A stretch of 64,000 nt of DNA, from NCBI GenBank assembly GCA_030602705.1, contig JAUVZF010000005.1, forward strand, positions 2,663 through 66,662, written 5' to 3'. The notes beneath the pieces were generated by a model. The model had not been told where the DNA came from, made no database searches, and saw only the letters and a program-made list of their open reading frames with translations. Both the position numbers and the translations under genes were made by a program. Origin of the DNA: Planctomycetota bacterium (GTDB taxonomy: Bacteria; Planctomycetota; Phycisphaerae; FEN-1346). Below, in pieces: positions 1-11,769 of the stretch (positions are counted from its first letter, which is position 1; the number at the start of each line of letters is the position of its first letter).

Positions 1-233
1 GCATCAGCGTCAGCGTCCACGAGACGCGGCCGGGCCACCGCTGGTCGATCATCCAACCCAGGAGGATGCCCAGCACGGTCGGCACGGCCACCGACCAGCC
101 GACGATGCCGAACATGCCGGCGTAGAACAAGGGGCTCCGGCGCCGCTGGCGTCGGCCCTTGATCTTGCGTTTCTCCTTCGTACCGACCTCGCGGGCGAAC
201 TGTGCCCGCTCGGCCCGTCCGCGTTCGGCGGTT

Positions 234-250
<17 letters not shown>
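1..250 (-). CDS. AtpZ/AtpI-like small membrane protein (ATPase_gene1 family; N-ATPase AtpQ-like). Partial: C-terminus runs off the window start.
   Basis: Reverse-complement translation from ATG at 250: MARTDKTAERGRAERAQFAREVGTKEKRKIKGRRQRRRSPLFYAGMFGIVGWSVAVPTVLGILLGWMIDQRWP..., a basic N-terminus followed by a TM helix. Lies 15 nt downstream of atpC on the same strand. It is absent from the supplied ORF track because no stop codon falls inside the window. Confidence 0.55.
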
Positions 251-2149
<1,899 letters not shown>

Positions 2150-2265
2150 TCAGTGACGTTTTGGGAACTGAATCGCTGAACTCGGCAGCGCTATGCGTGT
2201 CGCGCCGAGGAACACGCGGTCACGCTGCGCGTGGCCGTGTAAACAGGTGCCACCCCAAGAGGGCC

Positions 2266-3387
2266 TCACGGGCACCACGGCAGTCTCATGGCCCAGCGCC
2301 TCCAGGCGGGCGAAAATATGACGCGGGCCTTGATAAACTTCCGTGCCACACGCCGGGCCAGCCTTCGAAACGTCCGGCCGTAGGCGACCTCCGGCGACGG
2401 TTCCCCGGCGGCGCGACCGGCGGCGGCGCCGCTTGCGATGGCGAAGGAGAGTCCCTCGCCGCTCGACGGGCTTACGAGCCCGGCCGCCTCCCCCGCAAGG
2501 AGCACCCGTCCTGAGCCGGCCAACAGGTCATGGCCGGCTCGCGGCCGCGTGAGCCGCCGCGCCGAGTTCTCGAGCACCTCACCGTCCAGGCCGAACGTCT
2601 CGCGGTACCACGCGAGGATTTGCTGAAATCGCTCGCGTGCCCCGCGCGGCCGCCCGAACGCGCTGCCCACCAGCACGGCACCCGGCTTCGGGATGGACCA
2701 CGCGTAGAAGTCCGTCATGCGGCTGGCGAACAGGACCTCGTGAACGGGCGTCGGCTCGGCGGCCGCCAGCCGTACCTGGATCGCCAGCATGGTTGGGGGG
2801 GCCGGTGCGAGCGGCAGCGCCGCCCGGCGCACGGCCGACGCCGCACCGTCGGCGCCGACGAGCAACCGTGCCCGCACGTTCTCCTCGATGCCGGCCGACG
2901 CGATGCGCGCTGCCACGCCTTCGCCCTGTATATCCAGGCCGACGAGCCGCGTATGCGGACGAAACTGGGCCCGCGCCGCCGCAAGACCCAGCAGCCACGC
3001 GTCGAACCGCCTGCGGTCAAGGTTCAGGTAGTCTCGGCGATAGACCTGGTCTCGCCCGGAATCGAGATCGTGGACGTGGACGGCCTGCGGCTCCGGACGG
3101 ACGCGTACGTCCTGCGGCAGCGTAAGGCCAAGCCGTGCGATCACGCGCTGCGCATCCGGCGCCAACAGCCCGCCGCAGCAGCGACCGTCGGACGGCTGGC
3201 CGCGATCCACAAGCAGCGCTCTCACGCCCCGTGGCAGATTCATGGCGGCGGCACAACCGGCTGCGCCGGCCCCAACGATCAGAACATCGTAGGTCCGCTC
3301 GCTCAAGCGCCACCCCGCAAACGGCGTCCTCGGGCCACGCACGAAGTCTAGGGCCGGTCCAGCCGCGTGCAAGCGGATTATCCGCAC
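2266..3387 (-). CDS. FAD/NAD(P)-binding oxidoreductase (geranylgeranyl-reductase-like family).
   Basis: YDVLIVGAGAAGCAAA Rossmann GxGxxG near the N-terminus, GGLLAP, and the overall ~370-aa flavoprotein layout. The start codon is uncertain and may lie downstream of the listed M1. Confidence 0.65.
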   Translation of the reverse strand: MRIIRLHAAGPALDFVRGPRTPFAGWRLSERTYDVLIVGAGAAGCAAAMNLPRGVRALLVDRGQPSDGRCCGGLLAPDAQRVIARLGLTLPQDVRVRPEPQAVHVHDLDSGRDQVYRRDYLNLDRRRFDAWLLGLAAARAQFRPHTRLVGLDIQGEGVAARIASAGIEENVRARLLVGADGAASAVRRAALPLAPAPPTMLAIQVRLAAAEPTPVHEVLFASRMTDFYAWSIPKPGAVLVGSAFGRPRGARERFQQILAWYRETFGLDGEVLENSARRLTRPRAGHDLLAGSGRVLLAGEAAGLVSPSSGEGLSFAIASGAAAGRAAGEPSPEVAYGRTFRRLARRVARKFIKARVIFSPAWRRWAMRLPWCP

Positions 3388-3449
3388 GCGCCGTTACGCG
3401 GCCGTTACCGACGCTGCGGCCCCCTGCGCGTCTATGAGCAGGTAGGAAC

Positions 3450-5114
3450 GTGGTCTGGAACGAACCGCACGAAAGGAGGTGTCTTATGAGAGGCTCACAT
3501 GGAAGATGCCGGCTGAAGCATCCGGCGACCGTCGCGCTTGCCGTGTTGCTGGTGTTCGTTGCCGCCGCATGCGCGGCCGCGCCCGCACGCGCTGCTGCGC
3601 CCCCGGCGGCGGACGGGGACGAGAACCCCTATCTCTGGGAACCGCGCGTCACGAGCGTCGCGGTCTTCAAGAACGGCCTGGGGTTCTTCGTGCGGGAAGG
3701 GGAGGTAGGCCTGCGCGACGGCTGGTGCGTCGCACGGGAGGTCCCGCCCGCAACGTTCGGCACGCTGGCCATCTACTCGCACTCGCTCCAGGAGACGGTG
3801 GACGTCGTCGGCTCCGGGCCGGGCGAAGTCGTCGAGTTCGATGGCATCGACGCCCCGAAGGACCTGGAAACCAAGCGGGCGCGCCTGAGGTCCTGCCTGC
3901 ACCTGAAGGTTCAACTGACCTACACCCACAAAGGCGGCGAGCGGACGGCGGCGGGACGGCTCGTGTCGGTCGAACGCGATTACGCCGCACTCGAAACCGG
4001 CACCAACACCTTCGCCGTGCCGGTCGAAGGGGTCAAGCGGCTGGTAGTTCTCGAACTGCCGGTCCGCGTCCACCTTACGGGCCGCGACGAGGAGCCGCCG
4101 AAACGGGCGAAGATCGGCATGGCGTACCTCAGGAAGGGCATCACGTGGATCCCCGAATACACGCTCAAGGTCATCGACGAGGAGACGGCGGAACTCGTGC
4201 TCCGCGGCACGCTCGTCAACATGGCCGAGGACCTGATCCACGCCGACGTCAACTTCGTCGTCGGCGTGCCGCACTTCGTGCACACCGATTACCTGGCGCC
4301 CGTCGCGGTGGGTCAGATCATCCGGACGATCGGCGCAGCGGTCGCACCGGCGCAGGTTCGGACGCAGATCGCCAGCCGCGCCGCCATCACGTCAAACCTC
4401 CAGCGGGCGAACCAGTTCGGCGTGGGCCCGAACGTGGTCGATCGGCCCGTGGCCGGCGGCGGCGACGTGAAGGCGGCCGTCGGAAACCTGCCGCAAATGG
4501 CGACCGTCGCCGGAACCGATTTCACCGTCTACACGAAGAAGAACCTGACCGTCCGCCGGGGCGAGAAGGCCATCGTCACGCTTTTCACGAAACGGATCAA
4601 ATACGCGCACCTGTACCGTTGGACGCCGCCCGAGCGGATGAAACATTTCCTCGTGCTGCACAACGCGACCGACACCGCCTGGACGACCGGCCCGTGCCTG
4701 GCCGTCAGCGGCGCCAGCCCCTTGAGCGAGGACCTCTTGAAGTACACGCCGCGCGGCGGCAAGGTCGAGATTCCCGTGACGGCGGCCGTCAACGTCGCCC
4801 ACGACCAGACCGAGAAGGAGGCCGACCGCAAACTCCGGGCCTACTCGCCGGCGCACAACTACTGGCTCGACCTCGTGACGATCGACGGCCGCCTCAAGGT
4901 CCGAAACTATGAGAAGAAAACCGTGGACATCATCATCGAGCCGGCCATCATCGGCAAACCGACCGATGCGTCCGACCGCGGGGCCATCTGGCTCGATACA
5001 TCCAAACTCAAACTGCTGGAGCGGCGCGGCCGGATTCGCTGGCGCGTCACGCTTGAGCCGAGCGAGACACGCGAGTTCACCTACACCTACGAGCGCTACG
5101 TCCCGTCGCGGTAG
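3450..5114 (+). CDS. Secreted hypothetical protein (possibly DUF4139-like). The start is probably at M13, near 3486.
   Basis: Signal-peptide-like N-terminus MRGSHGRCRLKHPATVALAVLLVFVAAACAAAPARA, no TM segments afterwards, and high GC3. I cannot assign a function from sequence alone. Confidence 0.55.
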   Translation: MVWNEPHERRCLMRGSHGRCRLKHPATVALAVLLVFVAAACAAAPARAAAPPAADGDENPYLWEPRVTSVAVFKNGLGFFVREGEVGLRDGWCVAREVPPATFGTLAIYSHSLQETVDVVGSGPGEVVEFDGIDAPKDLETKRARLRSCLHLKVQLTYTHKGGERTAAGRLVSVERDYAALETGTNTFAVPVEGVKRLVVLELPVRVHLTGRDEEPPKRAKIGMAYLRKGITWIPEYTLKVIDEETAELVLRGTLVNMAEDLIHADVNFVVGVPHFVHTDYLAPVAVGQIIRTIGAAVAPAQVRTQIASRAAITSNLQRANQFGVGPNVVDRPVAGGGDVKAAVGNLPQMATVAGTDFTVYTKKNLTVRRGEKAIVTLFTKRIKYAHLYRWTPPERMKHFLVLHNATDTAWTTGPCLAVSGASPLSEDLLKYTPRGGKVEIPVTAAVNVAHDQTEKEADRKLRAYSPAHNYWLDLVTIDGRLKVRNYEKKTVDIIIEPAIIGKPTDASDRGAIWLDTSKLKLLERRGRIRWRVTLEPSETREFTYTYERYVPSR

Positions 5115-5377
5115 AGTTACCCGCGGGGCTTGTCCCGCCGGGTCGAAACAGAGAACAGGGAGCAAGTCGATGCGCGGCCCGTACGGGCCGCGCTCGGCCC
5201 TCACGTTGTTACAAAGTCGTTACCCGCGCGGCGGGCGTCGTGTACGATACTGCTTGTGGAGAGCGACGTTGCGAGCCGGTGCGCGGGCAGTGTGTTGTGT
5301 GGTGGCGTTGAAGAAGTAGAATGGATTGATGCAGGCGCACGGGCATCCGCGCCAATTGCGTCCGGGGAGCCTGAAAC

Positions 5378-6085
5378 ATGCAGCAGCGGACCGTCCTGGT
5401 TATCGAAGACGACGACGCCATCCGCACCGGCATCGTCGATACCCTCTCCTACGCCGGCTACACGCCGCTTGAGGCCGCAGACGGCGATGACGGTCTGCGG
5501 CTGGCGCGGGAGGCCGAGTGCGACCTCATTCTGCTCGACCTGGTGCTGCCCGGCCCCGACGGCCTGGAGATCCTGAAGGCGGTTCGGACGGAGCGGCCGA
5601 CGCTTCCGGTCATCATCCTGACTGCCCTCGGCTCGGAGGACGACCGCGTCCAGGGCCTGCGCCTGGGCGCCGACGACTACGTCGTCAAACCGTTCAGCGT
5701 GAAGGAACTCCTGGCCCGGGTCGAGGCCGTCCTTCGCCGCAGCCCCGAGCGGCCGGCCGACGTTACGGTGGTCAAGATTCCGGGCGGGGAGGCCGACCTC
5801 GCTCGCCGCGAGGTCCGCTTCGACGGCGGCGCGCGCGAGGAACTCTCGGAAAGGGAAGCGGCGCTCCTGGAGTACCTGGCCGCCAACGCCGGACGGGCCA
5901 TCTCGCGCGATGAGATCCTGACGCGGGTCTGGCGGCTCGACCCGCGGGGCCTTGCGACCCGCACCATCGACATGCACGTGGCCCGCCTGCGCGAAAAACT
6001 CCACGACGACCCGTCCGAGCCGTCCGTCATCCTGACCGTCCGCGGCACCGGCTACATGTTCGCCGAGCGGAGGGCGAGCGGATGA
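5378..6085 (+). CDS. OmpR-family two-component response regulator.
   Basis: Receiver domain (VLVIEDDDAIR...DLILLDLVLPGPDG...DDYVVKPF) plus a winged-helix trans_reg_C domain (LTVRGTGYMF). Confidence 0.9.
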   Translation: MQQRTVLVIEDDDAIRTGIVDTLSYAGYTPLEAADGDDGLRLAREAECDLILLDLVLPGPDGLEILKAVRTERPTLPVIILTALGSEDDRVQGLRLGADDYVVKPFSVKELLARVEAVLRRSPERPADVTVVKIPGGEADLARREVRFDGGAREELSEREAALLEYLAANAGRAISRDEILTRVWRLDPRGLATRTIDMHVARLREKLHDDPSEPSVILTVRGTGYMFAERRASG

Positions 6086-7884
6086 AACGCCCGTGGCAGA
6101 TCGCACTGGCCTTTGCCCTGGCGCTGGCCGTTCTCCTGGCCGCCATGGGATGGATCAGCCGCGAGGTCCTGCGCCTGGACCGGGCCCAGGCCGAGGCGAA
6201 GCGTCTCGCGCTTCGGGAAGAGAACGTGCGCCTGGCGCTGTGGCGGATGGACTCGGCCGTGGCGCCGCTCTTGGCACGGGAGAACGCGCGCCCGTACTTT
6301 GTGTACGCCTCCTTCTACCTGCCCGAACTCCCATACGCTGAGATGCTCAAGGACGTCTCGACGCATCAGCGGGTGTATGCCCATCTGCCGTCGCCGATCC
6401 TCGTCCAGACGTCGCCGTACATCCGGCTGCATTTTCAGATCGGGCCCGATGGGCGCCTCACCTCGCCGCAGGTCCCGCCTCCATCGGAGGCTGCCGGCGG
6501 ATATGCTCTGCCGAAGTACGTGAGTGCGAAGACCATCGCTGCTGCCAGGGCTCGGCTCGCGCGACTTGAGAAAATCGTCGGCCGCGAGGCGCTCGAGACG
6601 GCGCTCGCCGTGCGCCCCGAGCCGATGCCTCCGATGGCGGCTGCCGCGCAGGCCGATCTGCAACAGGAGATCCAGGACCCGTCCCAGGCTCCTCAGCAGG
6701 AACGGCCGCAGACCCAGGCCCGACGCAACGTTCAGGAATGGCAAGCCAGGTACCAGCAAATGACCATGATGCACCGTGACATCAACGACCAGATCGCCGG
6801 CAACCTGTACGCCTTCGGCGCCGTCGGGGCTAGCGTGATGCGGCCGGTTTGGGTTGGCGGCGAACTGCTCCTGGTGCGTTGGGCACGGATCGACGGCGCG
6901 GATCATATGCAGGGCGTGTGGCTTGCCTGGCCCGCGATTCGCCGGTGGCTCCTCGACGGTGCGGCCGACCTCGTGCCGCAGGCAGACCTGGCGCCCATCA
7001 CCGATGGTCCGGGCGAAGCCCATGCGCGGCGGCTGGCGGCGCTGCCCGTACGACTCGTGCCGGGCAAGGTGCCGGCCGACGCCGTGGACGGCCTCTCGCC
7101 GGTCGTCCTGTCGCTGGTCGTGGCGTGGGCGTGTGTGCTGGCGGGGGCGGCGGCGGTCGGCGTGCTGCTGATGGGGGCCGTTGCCTTGAGCGAGCGCCGC
7201 GGCGATTTCGTCTCGGCCGTCACGCACGAACTGCGCACCCCCCTGACCACGTTCCGCATGTACTCCGAGATGCTCGCCGAAGACATGGTTGCCGACCCAG
7301 ACAAGCGCCGCCGCTACCTTACCACCCTGTGCGCCGAGGCCGAACGCCTGACCCACATGGTCGAGAACGTCCTGGCCTACGCGCGCCTGGAGCGAGGCCG
7401 GGCAAGCGACGAGGCCGAGCGTCTGACGCTCGCGGACCTGGTGGGCCGGGTTCGCGATCGTCTCGAACACCGCGCCAGCGGGACCGGCATGGAACTGGTT
7501 GTCGAGGTGCCCGAAGAGGCCGGCTCCGTCGCCGTATGGGCACGCGTCTCGGCCGTCGAACAGATCCTCTATAACCTGGTGGACAACGCGTGCAAGTATG
7601 CCGCCTCGGCCTCCGACAGGCGCATCCATCTGACGGCGTCTCTCGCCGCCGGCGGCACCGTCCTCACGGTCCGCGACTACGGGCGGGGTATCTCGCGGGC
7701 CGAGGCCCGGCGCCTGTTCCGTCCGTTCTCGAAATCGGCCCGCGAGGCGGCGACCAGTGCACCCGGCGTGGGCCTGGGCTTGGCGCTGGCGCGGCGGCTG
7801 GCGCGCGACATGGGCGGCGACCTGGTCTTTGATCGCTTGGACGCCGAGGGCGCGTCTTTCACCCTCCAACTGCTGTCCGCGTGA
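6082..7884 (+). CDS. Sensor histidine kinase.
   Basis: N-terminal TM segment and a second TM around residues 330-360, a HisKA H-box (VSAVTHELRTPLTT) and an HATPase_c region (NLVDNACKYA...DYGRGIS...GVGLGLALARRLA). Its start overlaps the response-regulator stop (ATGA). Confidence 0.85.
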   Translation: MKRPWQIALAFALALAVLLAAMGWISREVLRLDRAQAEAKRLALREENVRLALWRMDSAVAPLLARENARPYFVYASFYLPELPYAEMLKDVSTHQRVYAHLPSPILVQTSPYIRLHFQIGPDGRLTSPQVPPPSEAAGGYALPKYVSAKTIAAARARLARLEKIVGREALETALAVRPEPMPPMAAAAQADLQQEIQDPSQAPQQERPQTQARRNVQEWQARYQQMTMMHRDINDQIAGNLYAFGAVGASVMRPVWVGGELLLVRWARIDGADHMQGVWLAWPAIRRWLLDGAADLVPQADLAPITDGPGEAHARRLAALPVRLVPGKVPADAVDGLSPVVLSLVVAWACVLAGAAAVGVLLMGAVALSERRGDFVSAVTHELRTPLTTFRMYSEMLAEDMVADPDKRRRYLTTLCAEAERLTHMVENVLAYARLERGRASDEAERLTLADLVGRVRDRLEHRASGTGMELVVEVPEEAGSVAVWARVSAVEQILYNLVDNACKYAASASDRRIHLTASLAAGGTVLTVRDYGRGISRAEARRLFRPFSKSAREAATSAPGVGLGLALARRLARDMGGDLVFDRLDAEGASFTLQLLSA

Positions 7885-7896
7885 CCGGCCGCTGCC

Positions 7897-7980
7897 GCGG
7901 CCGGCTCGAACGGCTCGCGCGGTGGGCAATCTTGCCCACCGCGCCCAAGGCCAACCCTGCGCGCGGCCGGCTCGAACGGC
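7897..7980. repeat. Perfect palindrome CGGTGGGCAA-TC-TTGCCCACCG (7920-7941) flanked by two 18-bp direct repeats GCGGCCGGCTCGAACGGC (7897-7914 and 7963-7980). Hairpin or protein-binding site just after the kinase stop.
   Basis: Read directly from the sequence. GC-rich 10-bp stem with no U-tract, so not a canonical intrinsic terminator. Confidence 0.35.
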
Positions 7981-8434
7981 AATCCGAAATCGTTTTGCTG
8001 CTCCATCCGCTTGCTTTGGCGTCCGATTCTGGTATACTTTGGGTGTGTGGCGAAGTCGCACTGTGGTACGCGATTTGCACACGCTTTCTGGAGAGGGAAA
8101 AATGGCCGTGCTAGGCGGGGGGTCAGGCGCGGCTTCCTCTTTATCTGCTTTGCCCTTCCACATCCGCTGAAGACTGAACCAGTTCATGGCGCGGGACCAT
8201 GAAGTATAGAACTGGATTAGCCAAGGGGGTGTTCCGCGTGGCGGGTTAGCGAACTGGACCTTTTCGGCCGTCACGCACACCCCCCTTGCCCGGAAGGAAA
8301 AGCACATGGGCACACGGCATAAGCCACCGTGTTGGACCGCCTAAAGGCGTCCAATGCTGCTGCGGGGCGCTTCGGTGCGTTCCCGCCTCGCAGCGGCTGC
8401 CCCTTATTGGCCAGGAACGCAAAAAGAAAGTGCC

Positions 8435-9346
8435 ATGAAGAAGCTAGGTTACGAGTATCTTGATGAAGCCCCCTATGTCAGCATCCCCCTTCCCCTTCTT
8501 TGGCATACAAGGTTGAGTGCCACCGACAGGGAAGTTCTTTGCTACATCAGGGGTCGGCAGGGAGCCCAAAGTTTCATCTCTTTGGGCCAACGGCTCATAG
8601 CGAAAGAATTGGGCCACAATCGAACTACGGTCACGCGTTGCATCCGGGTATTAGAGGCAGAGGGTTTGTTGGTGACAAAAGGCGAGGAGAAACGGCGACT
8701 CGACTATGATGCACGTCCGTTGGATCGGTGGCTCAAGAAATGGGCGCCCAGGTGGTTGAAGAAAACCAATCATCAAAACTGGTCGCGTAACGCGACCAGC
8801 GCATGTAGCCAAAAGCGACCAGCGCATGTGGCCAAAAGCAACCAGATTCGCCCAAACTGGTCGCATGCTTCAACCACGGTAAGAAAAGGGAAGAAGGGGA
8901 AGAAGGGGAAGAAGGCGAAAACGGCCCCCTTTGCTTCGCATCCCTCAAAACGGCCATCTTCCCTGGTAGGACGACGTCTGGTTCGACGGATTGAATCTGC
9001 CCTGGGTTCGGACTTCTGTCTGGAACGGAAAGATCGGCAAGCGCGGCTGGATCACTTAGCGCAGCGGTTGGATTATGTCAACCGAAGAGAGGCCGGTGCC
9101 CTGGAGGAGTTGTTGGAAGAAGCTCGGCGGTTTGCCGCCCGCCCTGGCTTTGATCCGCCCATGCGGGTTTCGACCCTGCTAAGCGCCCGGCTTTGGAAGC
9201 CGCTGCTAACGCGCCGAGGGTTTGCAATGGAAGAATTCTTTCCCAAACAGGACAAGGGGATAATAGATTACAACCACCCCGAAGACGACGGAGATGATCT
9301 GGATCGCAGGAACATCAGGAATCCGTATGAAGGGCTGCTTGATTGA
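8435..9346 (+). CDS. Winged-helix DNA-binding protein, replication-initiator (Rep)-like, with a poly-Lys/Gly linker.
   Basis: The N-terminal wHTH (LGQRLIAKELGHNRTTVTRCIRVLEAEGLL) resembles the helix-turn-helix of plasmid or phage Rep/O proteins. Start taken at MKKLGYEY (ATG 8435). The gene contains direct and inverted repeats at about 8776-8868. Confidence 0.5.
   Translation: MKKLGYEYLDEAPYVSIPLPLLWHTRLSATDREVLCYIRGRQGAQSFISLGQRLIAKELGHNRTTVTRCIRVLEAEGLLVTKGEEKRRLDYDARPLDRWLKKWAPRWLKKTNHQNWSRNATSACSQKRPAHVAKSNQIRPNWSHASTTVRKGKKGKKGKKAKTAPFASHPSKRPSSLVGRRLVRRIESALGSDFCLERKDRQARLDHLAQRLDYVNRREAGALEELLEEARRFAARPGFDPPMRVSTLLSARLWKPLLTRRGFAMEEFFPKQDKGIIDYNHPEDDGDDLDRRNIRNPYEGLLD
8776..8868. repeat. 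Iteron-like repeats inside the Rep-like gene.
   Basis: AACTGGTCGCGTAACGCGACCAG is an inverted repeat. CGACCAGCGCATGT(A/G)GCCAAAAG occurs twice in tandem, and the ..CAAACTGGTCGCATGC element recurs. Confidence 0.4.
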
Positions 9347-9504
9347 ACCCCCCGCTGCGGCGAAGGCGCAGGACAAGCAGCAGGAGGCCCGGACGTATCG
9401 AAGTGCCCCGATGTCTAAAATGTCATCATCCGCTGGCCCGCTTCCGATATCGCACAGGGAAGCGGGCTCGCCACTTTGAGCCGGTTCTAAAGACCCAATT
9501 TTAG

Positions 9505-9533
9505 TTGACTTTTGAATATCTAACCCCTACACT
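9505..9533 (+). promoter_or_regulatory. Sigma-70-like promoter for the serine recombinase gene.
   Basis: -35 TTGACT (9505-9510), 17-nt spacer, -10 TACACT (9528-9533). The SD GGGGGAAAGGAA precedes the ATG at 9568. Confidence 0.4.
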
Positions 9534-9567
9534 CATCGGGGCACGTGAGGGGGAAAGGAAATTGACG

Positions 9568-10173
9568 ATGGAACGGCACACCGCGATTTACGTAAGGGTT
9601 TCAACGCGGCAGCAGAGGGACCGCAGCCAGCGGGATGCGCTGGAGCGGTGGATTGCCGCTCAGAACGGCATCGGGCCGGTCAAGTGGTACGCCGACGAGT
9701 TCACGGGCAAGACCATGAAGCGGCCCGGATGGGCAAGGCTTGAAGCCGCGATGCGTAAGGGACTCGTGACGCGCCTTGTAGTGTACCGGCTGGACCGCCT
9801 GGGCAGGACGCTCTCAGGCTTGGCCGCGCTGTTCGATGAGTTGCAGGAACGCGGCGTTGGGTTTGCATCCTTGACCGAGGGCCTTGATCTGGGCACGCCA
9901 GCAGGACGGCTCGTGGCGGGTGTCCTGGCGAGCGCGGCCCAGTACGAGACGGAGATACGGGCCGAGCGTGTCAAGGCGGGCCAACAAGCCGCCCGCGAGA
10001 GGGGCAAGCGCTGGGGCGGCAGCAAGAAGGGGCGCATCTTGAAACTGACGCCGCAGGTGTTGGACGCGATCAAGGACGGCAGGCAGCGGGGTGAAAGCAA
10101 GACCGCGCTTGCTCGGTTGCTAGGGCTATCGTGGCCGACCGTGCACGAGGCCTGCCGACGGCTGGGGGTGTGA
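9568..10173 (+). CDS. Small serine recombinase (resolvase/invertase family) with a C-terminal HTH.
   Basis: AIYVRVSTRQQ (catalytic Ser), LVVYRLDRLGR, and C-terminal HTH ALARLLGLSWPTVHEA. Start at MERHT with a strong SD. Confidence 0.85.
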   Translation: MERHTAIYVRVSTRQQRDRSQRDALERWIAAQNGIGPVKWYADEFTGKTMKRPGWARLEAAMRKGLVTRLVVYRLDRLGRTLSGLAALFDELQERGVGFASLTEGLDLGTPAGRLVAGVLASAAQYETEIRAERVKAGQQAARERGKRWGGSKKGRILKLTPQVLDAIKDGRQRGESKTALARLLGLSWPTVHEACRRLGV

Positions 10174-10350
10174 GACTTGCTGTGAGGCGTTGACTCAGGG
10201 CGCCTCAAGGGCGCTGGCGGTGGGATAAGGGTTTGACGTACCCTTAGCGGCACAAGCCCACCAGCAAAAGGTTTCAAGGAGCCACGAAGCAGGCTTGCGA
10301 CGTTTGCGCCTGGCAGGAAGTGGCAGCCTTCCATGCAGCCAAACTCAATG

Positions 10351-10599
10351 TCAACGGGAAGGATGTTCAATAAGTCGCATACGAATTCTGGGCATGAGAC
10401 GGCCAGGCTGGACCCCCAGCGCAACGGCAAGTCTCTCAACGGTTTCCAGGCGTACGGATCGCTTGCCGCGCTCGATCAGGCTGATATGCGTCCGGTGTAA
10501 CCCCGCAGCGTCTGCAAGCGCCTCTTGTGACATGCCTCTGGCCCCCCTGAAGGCTCGGACCCTTCCGCCGAACTCTTGTGCAAACCGGTCGCCTTTCAT
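10351..10599 (-). CDS. XRE-family HTH transcriptional regulator (~82 aa).
   Basis: MKGDRFAQEFGGRVRAFRGARGMSQEALADAAGLHRTHISLIERGKRSVRLETVERLAVALGV is a canonical Cro/C1-type HTH. The upstream part of the listed ORF is probably non-coding. Confidence 0.75.
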   Translation of the reverse strand: MKGDRFAQEFGGRVRAFRGARGMSQEALADAAGLHRTHISLIERGKRSVRLETVERLAVALGVQPGRLMPRIRMRLIEHPSR

Positions 10600-10842
10600 G
10601 CTTGACAAGCATCCGGTTTTATAGACAATCAAGCCACAGACAATGCGCAACACAAAGAGGAAGAAAAAACATCTGCCCCCGGAAAACCATCCGGCCAAAA
10701 GGCCGTGAACGGTTACGGTTTTTGTCTTGCACTTTGCGGGCGGAGTATGCTCTTGGTTATCAGGCTCATCGGGATCCTGAACGACTGTAGAACCGTGAAC
10801 GGTTACGAGTCTGGGCTGTCGCATGGACACAAGGACCGATTG

Positions 10843-11175
10843 ATGCGAACTGCCGACCTGATCCGCCCATACAAACCGGCGATCCTCGACTTGTTGTCCG
10901 TGCGCACTCTCATGCTTCCCGCGCTCGTTGCCTATGGATTCCTGGTGAATCCGCTCACCGGTCACGGAGGACTACCGTGCATTTGGCGAGTGTGCTTTGG
11001 ATTTGAATGCCCTGGTTGTGGCCTCTCCCGGGCTGATGCGCTCCTTGTGCGTGGCTCTTTCCGGGATGCAGTGGCCTTGAATTGGCTCATCGTTCCGGTG
11101 TGGCTGGTCGCCATTAAGTCATTTGTGTCCCAAGTGCTCACCCTCATCAAGAAAGGCGGGGAGACCCATGGCTGA
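10843..11175 (+). CDS. DUF2752-family membrane protein.
   Basis: ECPGCGLSRA motif plus flanking hydrophobic helices. Start taken at MRTADLIRPY. Confidence 0.55.
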   Translation: MRTADLIRPYKPAILDLLSVRTLMLPALVAYGFLVNPLTGHGGLPCIWRVCFGFECPGCGLSRADALLVRGSFRDAVALNWLIVPVWLVAIKSFVSQVLTLIKKGGETHG

Positions 11176-11470
11176 ACTAGGCGCTGCAGAAATCGCACAA
11201 CTCACGAAAGGCTTTGACGACTCGAAGAAAATGATCTTCCAGTCGCAATTCGCTTCCGAGAAGAAGGACCGCGGAACGGCGACGATCCTGGCGCTGTTTC
11301 TCTACGACCGCATCTGGCTGGGTGATATCGGCCTCGGCATCGTGAAGATGATTACCTTCGGTGGTTGCGGCATTTGGGGGTTGATCGATATCTTCACCGC
11401 CGGCTCTCGGTGCGACAAGTACAACCGGCGGAAATCTCAGGAAATCATCGCGGCCTTGAAGGCATCCTGA
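11168..11470 (+). CDS. TM2-domain membrane protein.
   Basis: TATILALFLYDRIWLGDIGLGIVKMITFGGCGIWGLIDIF is the TM2 two-helix signature. DUF2752 and TM2 proteins commonly co-occur. Start MAELGAAE has an SD. Confidence 0.65.
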   Translation: MAELGAAEIAQLTKGFDDSKKMIFQSQFASEKKDRGTATILALFLYDRIWLGDIGLGIVKMITFGGCGIWGLIDIFTAGSRCDKYNRRKSQEIIAALKAS

Positions 11471-11499
11471 GCAGCGCGAGTGCCGCGCGACCGAGTTCC

Positions 11500-11578
11500 G
11501 GGGACACCCATAACCGTACCCGTCAAGGCCCTGGCCACAGGGGTCCAGAGTTTTTTTCCCACAGCATGGGGTGTCCCC
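11500..11578. repeat. Inverted repeat GGGGACACCC ... GGGTGTCCCC (about 58 nt apart) containing CCACAGGGGT twice and a T7 run. Possible structured RNA or regulatory element.
   Basis: Read from the sequence in the non-coding gap between the TM2 gene and the methyltransferase 3' end. Confidence 0.25.
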
Positions 11579-11769
11579 AAGAAATAGGCACGACCAGATT
11601 CGTGCCAGGTAGCATTGAGGACGTATCCCACAGGGGTATGGCGCGCCGACGCCCTCGGCGCTTGGCGCTCAGTTTGGCGCTCGGCGCGCCCGGGACCGAC
11701 GCTGAGAGCCACAAAAGCGCTGGCCGGAATATGCCTGCTCTCCGACTTGCGACGGCATCCTCAGTTTGG

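Larger units (their letters stand above)
8354..11470. mobile_element. Small integrated mobile-element-like insertion: Rep-like wHTH protein, serine resolvase/invertase, XRE regulator, DUF2752 and TM2 proteins. Boundaries are approximate.
   Basis: Visibly lower GC than the flanks. Gene content is typical of plasmid- or integrative-element cargo, with internal iteron-like repeats. Ends were not determined. Confidence 0.4.

Noticed and set aside
7897-7980. 18-bp direct repeats GCGGCCGGCTCGAACGGC considered as att sites or target-site duplication for the 8.3-11.5 kb island.
   Set aside because: Both copies lie on the same (left) side of the island, only 66 bp apart around a palindrome. No copy was found at the right border.
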